Positions 13,689-23,088 of a stretch of DNA of 29,886 nt are shown here, in pieces; position 1 is the stretch's first letter; every line of letters begins with the position of its first letter. Source of the stretch: an uncultured virus (IMG/VR IMGVR_UViG_3300029171_000037). The translations under genes and the position numbers were made by a program. The notes beneath the pieces are model-generated. The model was not told where the DNA came from. It worked only from the letters and a program-made list of their open reading frames with translations, and ran no database searches. The stretch lies in the IMG/VR virus record IMGVR_UViG_3300029171_000037, positions 1-29,886 of that record. One strand, written 5' to 3'.

Positions 13689-16054
13689 TATGCTGTCCTC
13701 ATGTTGTATGTGCGTTGTGTACCTTGTACCAACTGTGTCAGTGCACGCTTGTTCTTGTCAATGTGCGTCAAGAAGCTAGCGGAATCGATTGCTTGAACGT
13801 TGAAGTTGACTTGTGTCGCACCAGCATTCATGCTTGCAAGTGAGTCTGTTGAAGGAAGGATCGTACCGTTACGGTTAGGAACGAACACTTCAGCACGACG
13901 TTCACCAACAATGTACGGTTGACCAGCAGTTACCGGACCACCGTTCGCACGGAATCCAAAGATGCTTGCAAGGCCAGTCAATGCGCTTCCTGCCCAACCA
14001 CCAACTGCACCACCCTTCGTGAAGCTGTTACCAAACAAAGCATTCGCCAAGTTTGCAGCCAAAGCTTGAGCAACCATGCGGTCCAACAACTGCTTAAATG
14101 ATTTCAAGATGTTGTCAAACTGACCTTGCATGATGTTGTAGAAGAAGTTCTCAAACGATGTCTGGAACTCTGTCGCAATCTCACGAACCTTCTGTTGGGT
14201 CTTCGTCAACGTACTGTTGTTGAAGTTCGCAACGTTTTCGTTCAGCTTGGTTACAGCAATGTTGTACTGGTCAAGAGTGATCTTACCTTCGGCCAACCAC
14301 TTAGTGAGCAGATTGCCAGTTGCTTCAAGACGTGCTTGTTCATCAGCTGCATTCCCAATGTACTCACTCCACACAGCAAGATTACGTGTGATCAGCTCAT
14401 TCAGGATAAGCTGCTGTTGAGCATCATCTTTTTGCTCTTGAGTTACTGCAGCTTGGGCGGCCTTAGCTGCCTTGATACGTGTCTCAAGTTCAAGAATCTT
14501 ATTGGTATTGAGCTTACGCAACTCATCTGAAGAGTTGAGAATGTCAAGTTCACGCTGCATGTCCTGGATTGCATCTTCTTGGCCACGAAGCGCATTCGTG
14601 ATATCAATGATTGACTTTGCAGAACCTACGGAAGACCAACCAAATCCGTGTTGACCACTCAAGTTCCTCTCAATTGTGCTCAAGTCATCATATGTACGTT
14701 GGATACCAGCCAACGTAGTTTGTGTACCCAACAAACTTTGAACATACTGATCTTGGTACAAACGGAGTTGCTTAGTCGCATCAGCACGACGTGCCAACGC
14801 TAGCAATTCTTCTTGATTTGCCTTGCTGCGTGTACCAGCGGCTTTTTCTTGGATCAGTTGGAGGGTTTGTTCTTCAGCAGACAGTTCCTTGAAGCCAGAA
14901 ATCTGGTCAAGCAAGCTCTTCTTCAGCTTTTCAAATGCCTTGTTTTCAGCTTCCGCAGCTGCTGCCGCCTTCTTCGAAGACGCAACGAAATTCTCACGCG
15001 CTGTCGTGCCCTTCTTTGTTTCTTCCGTGGCCTTGGCTTGTGCAGTGCCAGTATCGTCAACCTTCTTCTTGAACTCTTCGTTCGCAGTGTTGATTGCGTC
15101 AACATCGTCCTTGTACATCTTTAGGATGTTGACAGCACCCTTGAAGTCACCGGAAGCTACAGCGGCTACTGCAGCTCCTAACGCACCAATACCCTTACCG
15201 AAAGCGTAAACTGTCGATACGGCCGTAGAGATGATCTTGATTACTGTGCGGAAGACGATCCCTACACCTTCAGCGAACGACTTGAACCCTTCGCCTTCCT
15301 TGATCGTCTTGACGAACTCAGAGGCAAGCAAGTTCAATGTCGGTGTCAGCTGCGTTGCAATGTTCGTTGCTGCACCCATGATCGAATTACCAATACGGTC
15401 AATCGAATCATTGAAGTCACCTGCAGCCTTTGCTGTCTCAGCACTGATTACCAGACCAAGTGCTTCGGCTTCCTTGCGGAATTCTTCTAGTCCTGCTGAA
15501 CCATTGTTCAGAGTGTCGATCAGCTTACCACCGGCCTTGCTGAACAACTCTGTTACGACTGCTGCTTTGTTCGCGCCATCAGGCAACTTTGCAATCGAAT
15601 CAGCAACGTCCTTGAACACTTCGTCAGCATTGCGCAGTGAACCGTCAGCGTTCTTTGTTTGAACACCAAGGTACTTGAATGCGTCAGCTGCACCAGACGT
15701 CTTGTCTTGCGACTCAGCAATCGATTTGTTCAGTTGTGCAAGACCAGCCTCCAGTTCTTGTGCATTGGAACCACTAAGCTTCGCTGCATAAGCAAGAGCT
15801 GAGAACGATTCCACACTGACACCAACGCGATTTGCAGCATCCTGCATCGCATCAGCGTTGTCGATAGCTGCCTTAGTAAGGACAGCCAATGCACCGACGG
15901 CAGTAGCTGTACCCACCTTGAGTGCAGAACCAACGGCGAAACCAAGCTTTTCCCACTTGCTGGTCAGCTTGTTGAATTCAGCGTCCAGTTGCTGGAACTG
16001 CTTACTAGCTTGGTCTACGACCTTAAAGGTAATGGCAAGACTTAGATCACTCAT
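13688..16054 (-). CDS. Tape measure protein (788 aa)
   Basis: Ala-rich helical protein; GVSVE..S.L.YAA..SG repeat region; C-terminal FRANGGPV..G.PYIVGER..EVFVP...GTI. Confidence 0.95.
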   Translation of the reverse strand: MSDLSLAITFKVVDQASKQFQQLDAEFNKLTSKWEKLGFAVGSALKVGTATAVGALAVLTKAAIDNADAMQDAANRVGVSVESFSALAYAAKLSGSNAQELEAGLAQLNKSIAESQDKTSGAADAFKYLGVQTKNADGSLRNADEVFKDVADSIAKLPDGANKAAVVTELFSKAGGKLIDTLNNGSAGLEEFRKEAEALGLVISAETAKAAGDFNDSIDRIGNSIMGAATNIATQLTPTLNLLASEFVKTIKEGEGFKSFAEGVGIVFRTVIKIISTAVSTVYAFGKGIGALGAAVAAVASGDFKGAVNILKMYKDDVDAINTANEEFKKKVDDTGTAQAKATEETKKGTTARENFVASSKKAAAAAEAENKAFEKLKKSLLDQISGFKELSAEEQTLQLIQEKAAGTRSKANQEELLALARRADATKQLRLYQDQYVQSLLGTQTTLAGIQRTYDDLSTIERNLSGQHGFGWSSVGSAKSIIDITNALRGQEDAIQDMQRELDILNSSDELRKLNTNKILELETRIKAAKAAQAAVTQEQKDDAQQQLILNELITRNLAVWSEYIGNAADEQARLEATGNLLTKWLAEGKITLDQYNIAVTKLNENVANFNNSTLTKTQQKVREIATEFQTSFENFFYNIMQGQFDNILKSFKQLLDRMVAQALAANLANALFGNSFTKGGAVGGWAGSALTGLASIFGFRANGGPVTAGQPYIVGERRAEVFVPNRNGTILPSTDSLASMNAGATQVNFNVQAIDSASFLTHIDKNKRALTQLVQGTQRTYNMRTA

Positions 16055-16332
16055 TTGTTCATTTCTCTCTCATAATCACGCATCAGTTTCTTGTACTGTT
16101 TATCATCGGCGTGATGGCCAATTCGTACACTGCTGATTGTATTTACCCTCTCTTGGGCTTCTTTCTTAGCTATCGATTTACTGTATGCGTTGATCTGATC
16201 AAGAGTCATCTCACTGACTTCTGCCAGTGAGAATCCAGCTGAGACCAAGTTTAGGACAATGTCTGACCAGTCACTTCGGACACTTTGCTGATGCTGTTTG
16301 TCAGACTTGGCAGCACCTTCTGGACGAAAAAA
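16051..16332 (-). CDS. Tail assembly chaperone, frameshifted extension (gpT-like)
   Basis: The -1 frame is open from the slippery site T TTT TTC (16326-16332) to the stop at 16051 and encodes DWSDIVLNLVSAGFSLAEVSEMTLDQINAY. Confidence 0.75.
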   Translation of the reverse strand, partial: FFRPEGAAKSDKQHQQSVRSDWSDIVLNLVSAGFSLAEVSEMTLDQINAYSKSIAKKEAQERVNTISSVRIGHHADDKQYKKLMRDYEREMNK

Positions 16333-16652
16333 CTCACGTTCACTTCCAGTACGGCTGCAACCAGTTCAAGCAATTGGTCAGTTTCCAGTTCATCAACCCA
16401 TGCACGTGGCTTACGCGCACCGATAGCTGCAATATCAAGGATGTTTTCACCACCACTGGCCAGGAGACCAATGATAGCACTTGTTGGATTGGTGTGTGCA
16501 GCGAATGCTGCTACAATGTGACCGGAAATAGGTTCGACGGCCTTGAACACCTTCGGCAGTTGGCCTGCTTTGAACGGCGTGATGTTGAATGTTTCACCTG
16601 CAATGGTGAGCTCTTTGCCTGTTGGGAACAGGACTTCTAGTTGATCTGTCAT
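16251..16652 (-). CDS. Tail assembly chaperone (gpG-like)
   Basis: Lies between the tail tube and tape measure genes; L..LFP....L.I.GE...I.P.K.GQLP and WV..L..D..L.L...V.EVN..FF motifs; GGAG RBS. Confidence 0.85.
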   Translation of the reverse strand: MTDQLEVLFPTGKELTIAGETFNITPFKAGQLPKVFKAVEPISGHIVAAFAAHTNPTSAIIGLLASGGENILDIAAIGARKPRAWVDELETDQLLELVAAVLEVNVSFFVQKVLPSLTNSISKVSEVTGQTLS

Positions 16653-16692
16653 TTAATTTACTCCGTTAAGGATTTGCCTACATCGGCATACG

Positions 16693-16730
16693 TATTTACT
16701 ACAAACAGAAAGAGGAGCCGAAGCTCCTCT
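16693..16730 (-). terminator. Terminator after the tail tube gene, followed by a TAAATA box
   Basis: AGAGGAGC-TTCG-GCTCCTCT (16711-16730), then TTCTGTTT; TAAATA at 16693-16698. Confidence 0.8.
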
Positions 16731-16751
16731 TGTTTCCGTTCTAGGTGCGGA

Positions 16752-17501
16752 TTAGGCAACCTTTTGGATCGTTACGTACTGGCTATCGCCAACTGCTGCG
16801 GAACCGTCTGGAAGAACCATACCGCCCATGCTGAACACAGCTGTGTCTGTACCCAAGAACTCAGTTGCTTCCGACATGTTGAGAGCAACACGTGGGATTG
16901 TCACAACGACGTTCTTACCAGTCACCTTGTTGATACCAGCCAACTTGAAAGAATAATCCTTCATGATCTGTGTACCACCAGCAACCTTGTCGTAACCAGC
17001 GTATGTGTAATCCACATCCAATGTGTATGGTGCCGAACCTGTCAGGTTAGCTGCAGAGATCAGAGTGATAACACCTGTACCTGCGTCAACCGTGTAGTCT
17101 GTGTTCAGTGTCAGAGTTGTCGAAGCTTGCTTAACAACAACTGCGCTGATACCAGGGTGCTTTGTGAAGTATGCATCGCCGACTGCGCCGAACACTGCGT
17201 CTTCACCAGTTACCGTGCCACCAACAACTGCCGATGGAGTACCGTACAGAGCACGTGCCAAGTTAGCCTTGCTGAACGACAACGTTTCAACAACGAAGTT
17301 CCAGTCTGTTTGGTTAACAACGTGAGCTGCAATGTTGCGGTTACCCGTGCAAGATTCATAAATGTCGATGAAGTCTTGGGAGATTTCAATCGCGAAACGC
17401 TGGGTGTCACCAACCTGCGTCCAGCCTTCTGTTGTGGATCCGTAAGGCTTGACGTAAACAACGCCGTTACCTACGAAATATTCTGTATTGCATGATGCCA
17501 T
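16752..17501 (-). CDS. Major tail tube protein with Ig-like insertion
   Basis: YFVG.G.VY, W..VGD, S..NLARALYG and LNTDYTVDA.TG.I motifs; strong GAGG RBS and downstream terminator. Confidence 0.88.
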   Translation of the reverse strand: MASCNTEYFVGNGVVYVKPYGSTTEGWTQVGDTQRFAIEISQDFIDIYESCTGNRNIAAHVVNQTDWNFVVETLSFSKANLARALYGTPSAVVGGTVTGEDAVFGAVGDAYFTKHPGISAVVVKQASTTLTLNTDYTVDAGTGVITLISAANLTGSAPYTLDVDYTYAGYDKVAGGTQIMKDYSFKLAGINKVTGKNVVVTIPRVALNMSEATEFLGTDTAVFSMGGMVLPDGSAAVGDSQYVTIQKVA

Positions 17502-17553
17502 GATTTGTGTCCTCTTTTCGAAAAGTGGTTATAACAAAGCTTATTTATGCCGA

Positions 17554-17982
17554 TTAGGTTGAAGTCGCGTTGATTGTGTAACGCTGTTCGTAGATCAATC
17601 GGTCGCTAAGCTCTGAAAGTTGTTGGCCGTCGTAGTTCCAAATGTTACCATTGAAGCCGGTTACTGCATGTACCGCACGACGAACTTTGTCCAAGACAGG
17701 AAGTTTGTTCGCCAATAGGTCAGCGTCGTTCGTGTATTCCATGATAATTTGCACTGCGAACGTATGCACAAGTTGCTGGGCACACAGTGGACGTGATGTA
17801 GTAGCAGCGTTGCTGTCACCTGTATACACAATCCAAGCAGCTGGTTTCGGGACCTTTGTCAGCAAAGGATCCTTATCCTTACCACCCATTGCCAACGAAA
17901 CGCGAACGTTATTGTTACCGAATGGGGTGTCTTCTGTTGCTTTGACCAAGTCAAGCAAATTCTGGGTTAGTTCAGCGATCAT
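17554..17982 (-). CDS. Tail terminator protein (Mu gp37-like position)
   Basis: 142 aa, P..W.VY.GD motif, located between the tail completion and tail tube genes. Confidence 0.65.
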   Translation of the reverse strand: MIAELTQNLLDLVKATEDTPFGNNNVRVSLAMGGKDKDPLLTKVPKPAAWIVYTGDSNAATTSRPLCAQQLVHTFAVQIIMEYTNDADLLANKLPVLDKVRRAVHAVTGFNGNIWNYDGQQLSELSDRLIYEQRYTINATST

Positions 17983-18407
17983 TCAACTAGACCTCTCATT
18001 ATGTCTTTAATCCTATTTAGTTGTGCTTGAGACCATCCCAAGAACTGACGCGCAGGCATTCGCCATGTTCCGTTCTGTATGAACGTTCCATAAGGCGAAT
18101 CACTGTACACAGTCAACGTTTTGTTGCTCACACGGTATTTAATGCTGTTCATCAAAGCACCTGTGCGATACAACAAACCACCACCTGCAGAACCTTCGCG
18201 TGTGCGCTTACGCAACGTAGCCAAAGACCATGGTGCCCATGCTTGGCCGTCAGGTGTCTGCTTACCAGTACGAATGCGCTCTTGTGTGATCTTTACTTGT
18301 TCCTTACCCAATTCATCCAACGTCTCATTGCTGGCACGTTGGAGTGCTTTGAATCGGCTACGAAACTCACGTTGACCACTAGCGCGTGTTGTGATGTTAA
18401 GTTGCAT
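17979..18407 (-). CDS. Virion morphogenesis / tail completion protein (Mu gpG / P2 gpS-like)
   Basis: T.ER......PDG..WAP.S..T, L..TG.L.NSI, YG...Q.GT..MPARQFLG.S. The ATG at 18407 is preferred over the TTG at 18413. Confidence 0.9.
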   Translation of the reverse strand: MQLNITTRASGQREFRSRFKALQRASNETLDELGKEQVKITQERIRTGKQTPDGQAWAPWSLATLRKRTREGSAGGGLLYRTGALMNSIKYRVSNKTLTVYSDSPYGTFIQNGTWRMPARQFLGWSQAQLNRIKDIMRGLVE

Positions 18408-19047
18408 GGACAAACTCTTGTACTGTCATACGCAGACCACGACCGACAGATGTGTAGTCATAAGAGACGACATCACCGCGGAATGTGTCTGCAAGGTTGG
18501 TCACTGTAGCACCCATCGTCATTACTTCACGTGGAAGCGTTGTGATGATTGTTGCATTGCGAATGCCTGCCGTTCCCATTGAACGTGCAGGGACGCCTCC
18601 GCCCATACCTGAAGCACCATAGCTGATGTAGCATGGAAGGTTGCGTGCCAAGTAAGTTGTAGCTTCTGGTGAATAGCCTGTGCCATCATCACCATAGCCG
18701 ACAACTTGCACATCCACGCGGTCGTTGACTTCCATCATCAACACAGGAAGATGCGGTTGACGCGACATCACGAAGAATGTGCGACCTTGTTCTTCGCTGT
18801 ACAAGAAGTCACCAACTTGCAGTTGCTTAGCATCTGTGTACGCAGTCCATACAGGAGTCTGCCAACCAATAGTTGACATGTAGCTGTCGTTCAGCGTAAC
18901 TGTCAACTTGATGTCATCGATGTAGTTTGCATCATCAAGAACATCAACGTTAGTCAACGGACGGTACAGATTAAACACGTATCCCAACGCTTTGCCTACC
19001 TTACGGTGTGCGTTGTCAATACGCTTTTGAATACCTTTTGCACTCAT
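18397..19047 (-). CDS. Putative head closure / neck protein
   Basis: IQ.RI......VG..LG....LYRP N-terminus and LQVGDFL motif; position in the neck region. Confidence 0.6.
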   Translation of the reverse strand: MSAKGIQKRIDNAHRKVGKALGYVFNLYRPLTNVDVLDDANYIDDIKLTVTLNDSYMSTIGWQTPVWTAYTDAKQLQVGDFLYSEEQGRTFFVMSRQPHLPVLMMEVNDRVDVQVVGYGDDGTGYSPEATTYLARNLPCYISYGASGMGGGVPARSMGTAGIRNATIITTLPREVMTMGATVTNLADTFRGDVVSYDYTSVGRGLRMTVQEFVHAT

Positions 19048-19319
19048 TCTTGTTCCTTTGCTGTTTGTGTAGGCGCTTTGCGATCCACAAAACGACTTGC
19101 CACGTTGTGACCAAGCAATGTTGCGCAGTAAGCCAACGTGTATTCAATAATCAGTGTGGAGTCTTTGAGCAACAAATAGTGGAATCCCCATGTCATGTTG
19201 ATACACAACACAGAGTACCAGAACACCATACTGTCGAACTTACCCTTTTTGTGGGTAAGTCCTTGGTATACTTCTTTGATTGCATTCTTCAGCCAGTTCC
19301 ACATATTGTCACCGATCAT
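19044..19319 (-). CDS. Small membrane protein, holin candidate
   Basis: Two hydrophobic segments and a charged C-terminal tail; 91 aa (alternative start at 19304). Confidence 0.55.
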   Translation of the reverse strand: MIGDNMWNWLKNAIKEVYQGLTHKKGKFDSMVFWYSVLCINMTWGFHYLLLKDSTLIIEYTLAYCATLLGHNVASRFVDRKAPTQTAKEQE

Positions 19320-19618
19320 CGTCCACCACGAAAGGGACGTGTATCCTTTACAGGAGGTGTACCTTCAAGACGACGAATACGTCCTTCGTGATCCATGAAC
19401 TCTTCGCGCTTCACGTACGTGTTGTTCATTTCTTCTAGTTTTGTCTTCATATCCGTTAGTTGGATACGCATGTATTTCAATTCAACAGCCATTTCAGCAT
19501 TCGCCTGGCTTGTGTTATAAGTGAATCCCGCGGTAAACAGGATTGCAGCGGTGATCAAAGACACGCCGATTGTTTGGACGTGCTTTTCAAGTCCGCCGCT
19601 TGGTGGTGAGGTTGCCAT
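19316..19618 (-). CDS. Single-TM coiled-coil protein (holin/antiholin-like)
   Basis: TIGVSLITAAILFTAGF TM segment followed by a coiled coil ending DHEGRIRRLE. Confidence 0.6.
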   Translation of the reverse strand: MATSPPSGGLEKHVQTIGVSLITAAILFTAGFTYNTSQANAEMAVELKYMRIQLTDMKTKLEEMNNTYVKREEFMDHEGRIRRLEGTPPVKDTRPFRGGR

Positions 19619-19645
19619 TGTGAAGCTCTTTCGTGGTTAGACTTG

Positions 19646-19678
19646 TATTTACCATCGGAGAGGGAGCCGAAGCTCCCT
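19646..19678 (-). promoter_or_regulatory. UUCG hairpin followed by a TAAATA box
   Basis: AGGGAGC-TTCG-GCTCCCT (19661-19678) with no U tract; TAAATA at 19646-19651. Confidence 0.6.
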
Positions 19679-19683
19679 GCTCA

Positions 19684-22473
19684 TTACTGGAAGTTCATCA
19701 CGAAAGAGCCGGACCACGTAATTGTCTTTGACGCTTCACCTGTAACCATCAAGTCTACGTTAGCACCAGAAACAGCCAAAGCGACCGTCCATGCACTTGC
19801 TCCTGTGTCTCCACCAATTACCGTAACAGTAGGTGTGCCCAAGAACGAAGCCGTGCCACTTGGGTTCTTAGCACAGAATGTGATTTCCCATCCCTTTGCG
19901 TCACCCGTTGCAGCCTCAATCGCCGACACATACACTTTACCAGTGCGCATGCCACCTGTAGAAATCACAATGTGACCAGTACCGTTTGTTGCGCTATTTG
20001 TTGCGTTGGACGTCCCAGCGAATGTTGAGGTTGCATTCGTAGTTGTACACAAAACTGTACCGATAGAAGCTCCGACACCTGTAGTACCATTACGCTGGCA
20101 GTTGCTCAGGTTATACTCACCTTGATAGTTACTCTTGGAAAATGCACCGAAAGCTGTTGCAGCTGCGTGGGTTACACTGGAGTTGGGTCCGAAGGCCAAA
20201 CCACGGTCAGCAGTACAGCTTGCACCGTTACCGATCGCAACACCAACAGAACCAGAGCCTGTTACGGATGCACTGTTACCAATGGCCGTGCCATAACCTG
20301 CCGTGACGTTAGTGGAATCACCCAAAGCGACAGAGTTCGTGTTTGAACAACGTGCGAAGAAACCAATTGCTGTGCTGTTTGCGTTAGCAGTACACGTGTT
20401 ACCGATGGCAATGCCGTACGAACCGTTGACGGTGTGTGACTGACCAATAGCGATACCGTATTGTCCTGTCAGTGTTGCACTGCTCCAACCAATAGCAATC
20501 ACATTGGAAGTGCCCAATGTCATGTTGTAACCAATACCCAACGATCCAGAACCAGTTGCAACCACAGGTTTCTGGTTGCCCGATGTAGCCATGGCTGTCC
20601 AACCCACAGGACTCCACGTTTGTGTAGATACGTCGGCGTATGTCAGTTGCCACTTACCATTCTGGGTGTTACCACCAACAACCATTACTTCCGCACCACC
20701 TGTCGTCAAAGCTGCAGGCATATCCGAAGCACGGCTCCATGCACCACTTGCAGCAATGTAGATACCGTTATTCGCAGATGTGCTTTGGTTCTTAACCAAA
20801 ACGCGCATACCAGCGGTCACAGCAAAGCCGTCAACACTGATCAATCCACTCAACGTAGCGATGTTTGCTGTAGTTGCACGACCCACAGGTGCGTACAATG
20901 TAGTTGTGCCACCACCAGCTGTTGCCCACGAAGAGTTTATGCCGTCAGTAGTCAAAAACTTACCGCTGTTACCAGACTGGCTTGGCAACAAGCTGTTCAA
21001 CGTTTGGTCACCTGTGTTCGTACCACTCAGGTTAGAACCCGTCACGGTGCCAGAAGCCGCAACGGACGTAGGAGTAATCGCACCAAGTGTCAACGTCACA
21101 GCAGGAGTTGTTGTCGAAGTAGCCACGCTACCAGAAACGCCGTTCGCTGTCACGATCGATAGGTTCGTCACAGTACCAGTGTTCGTTGTAAAACCGGAGT
21201 CGTTTGTCAACAGGCTAATGTTCGAACCAGATTGCAATGCACTATCTGCCAAAGCCAAGGAAGCGATTGAACCAGAGCTCAAAGCCAACGTACGGTTAGC
21301 AGTCAAGTCTCCACCACCCGTCAAGCCTGTGCCCGCTGTCAACGTGCGTGCATCCGTCACTGGAGTGTATGTTAGAGCAGTCGTCACATCACCAGAAGTC
21401 AATGTCACTGCACCTGTACGCGTGTTGAACGAAGTCACGCCACCCGCTGAACCATTTGAAACAGCAGTGATACGACCCTTAGCATCAACCGTTACATTAG
21501 CGTTCGTGAACGAACCTACGTTGCTGTTAACAGTTGCCAAAGTGCCTGTGATTGCAGTGGTGCCAGAACCGGTTAGGTCACCACTCAACGTGATTGTCTG
21601 ATTTCCAGTAATGAAACCACTATCATTGACCAATGTAGAGATGTTGTCTCCAGGCTGTACGGCGGAATCAGCAAGTGCACCCTGTGCAGCTGTAGCGAAC
21701 TCAGCAACATCATGTGTTACGATGTCACCATAACCACCGATAGTCGTCTCTACGGCTGTGACGCGACTATCCAAACCAGCGATTTCGGAATCGTCAGCCT
21801 TTGCATTCAGGGCAGCTTGCAGATCGGTTTGCGAAGACAGTGTACCAGTGATATCACCCCAAGCAACTGTGACCGCTCCACCCGTTTCGTTGACCCAATT
21901 TGTACCGTTGTACTTTAGGGATTGACCAGCTGTTGGTGATGTGATCACGACATCCGTCAGCGAATCTAAGTTCGTTGGGATTGTTGGCTTACCAATGAGG
22001 TCAGCATATGCACCAGACGTAGCTACAGTAGCCAATACTGGCTTGTTCTTGATATAGTCAAGCGACAGGTTGTTCGACTGTGTCCAATCAGACTGAATCT
22101 GTGCAGCAGGAATCGTTGGCTTGTTGTTCAGGTCACCGTAGTTGCCAGACAATGCAACTGTAGCCAACGAAGATGTGTTAGCTTTCAGGTTCAGTGCAGC
22201 TTGCAAGTCCGTCTGATTAGAGAGAGTACCAGTAATACTGCCCCATGCTGCGCTGCCTCCACCTCCGCCACCAGTAGGATCAGCGTTTTTCCATTCTTGT
22301 GAACCGGAATCAAACGTAAGGACTTGGCCATGTGTAGGAGAATTGATTGTGACGTCAGAAAGCGAATCAAGGTCGTTAGGCGCATCAAACGGCACCGAAC
22401 CAACATTGATCACTGTCACGTCTTCTTGGACGACAACTTCGTAGTTGTTTTCTGTTACTTGTACTTGCGACAT
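19684..22473 (-). CDS. Large fibre protein (929 aa) with YadA-like head repeats, encoded in the head/neck region
   Basis: Duplicated LDSL.DV.I.SPT.GQ.L, WG.ITGTLS.QTDLQAALN.KA and LATVA.SG.Y.DL..KPTIP motifs; RVLVKNQ.....NGIY domain; 14-aa (A/G)xAIG repeats. Confidence 0.85.
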   Translation of the reverse strand: MSQVQVTENNYEVVVQEDVTVINVGSVPFDAPNDLDSLSDVTINSPTHGQVLTFDSGSQEWKNADPTGGGGGGSAAWGSITGTLSNQTDLQAALNLKANTSSLATVALSGNYGDLNNKPTIPAAQIQSDWTQSNNLSLDYIKNKPVLATVATSGAYADLIGKPTIPTNLDSLTDVVITSPTAGQSLKYNGTNWVNETGGAVTVAWGDITGTLSSQTDLQAALNAKADDSEIAGLDSRVTAVETTIGGYGDIVTHDVAEFATAAQGALADSAVQPGDNISTLVNDSGFITGNQTITLSGDLTGSGTTAITGTLATVNSNVGSFTNANVTVDAKGRITAVSNGSAGGVTSFNTRTGAVTLTSGDVTTALTYTPVTDARTLTAGTGLTGGGDLTANRTLALSSGSIASLALADSALQSGSNISLLTNDSGFTTNTGTVTNLSIVTANGVSGSVATSTTTPAVTLTLGAITPTSVAASGTVTGSNLSGTNTGDQTLNSLLPSQSGNSGKFLTTDGINSSWATAGGGTTTLYAPVGRATTANIATLSGLISVDGFAVTAGMRVLVKNQSTSANNGIYIAASGAWSRASDMPAALTTGGAEVMVVGGNTQNGKWQLTYADVSTQTWSPVGWTAMATSGNQKPVVATGSGSLGIGYNMTLGTSNVIAIGWSSATLTGQYGIAIGQSHTVNGSYGIAIGNTCTANANSTAIGFFARCSNTNSVALGDSTNVTAGYGTAIGNSASVTGSGSVGVAIGNGASCTADRGLAFGPNSSVTHAAATAFGAFSKSNYQGEYNLSNCQRNGTTGVGASIGTVLCTTTNATSTFAGTSNATNSATNGTGHIVISTGGMRTGKVYVSAIEAATGDAKGWEITFCAKNPSGTASFLGTPTVTVIGGDTGASAWTVALAVSGANVDLMVTGEASKTITWSGSFVMNFQ

Positions 22474-22808
22474 TACTTAGTTACCTCTTTGCTGAATACA
22501 ACACGACCTTGGACAACACGATCAACAGTACCGTCAGTCTTCTCCACTTCAATGTCGTAGAACGCAGTTTCAAAGTCCAGTACTTCAGTTACTGCGTTAG
22601 GCAACGTAACTGTAAATGAACCAGTAGCCAAATCTGCTGTATCAACTGTGAAAGTGGCAATCGGATTTTCGTCATCAAAACGAATGCGAACCATTCCACG
22701 GACTTCCGCACCTGTCAAGTCAACGGGTACACTACCTTTGGTCACTTGAAAAGTGCGAACAAAGTCGGAACCTTGCTGGATGACAATGTTATACTTACCT
22801 GCAGCCAT
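22473..22808 (-). CDS. Ig-like fibre adaptor (BppU N-terminal-like)
   Basis: YNI.I.QG.DF, PVDLTG, YDIEV....G.V.R.V.G.V....EVT; start/stop coupled to the fibre gene. Confidence 0.8.
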   Translation of the reverse strand: MAAGKYNIVIQQGSDFVRTFQVTKGSVPVDLTGAEVRGMVRIRFDDENPIATFTVDTADLATGSFTVTLPNAVTEVLDFETAFYDIEVEKTDGTVDRVVQGRVVFSKEVTK

Positions 22809-22811
22809 TGT

Positions 22812-23069
22812 TTATTCTCCAATTTGGACAGCGCGTTTCGCTGTTTGAGTCAACTGGCTCATCTTTTCTGCGAACTCATTCGGTTCTACAATCGCCTTGC
22901 CAGCGTTGAAATCCATAAGTGTTTGTCGTGGAACTGTGACAAACGTGAATACGCCACGTCCACCTTCAGCTTCGACACTCTTGACAACGTGTCCTTGCAT
23001 CTTCAGGTAGGCAATCAGTGGCATATGTGATGTTTTGTAGTCTTTCAGGAGTTGAAATTCCTGGCTCAT
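22812..23069 (-). other. DUF5659-like small protein (85 aa)
   Basis: AAGGA RBS before ATG 23069; T....L.AYL...G...G.F.F...F..G...VEP..F......L pattern; paralogous to 28930..29157. Confidence 0.7.
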
Positions 23070-23088
23070 ATAATTTCCTTTGTGTTGA

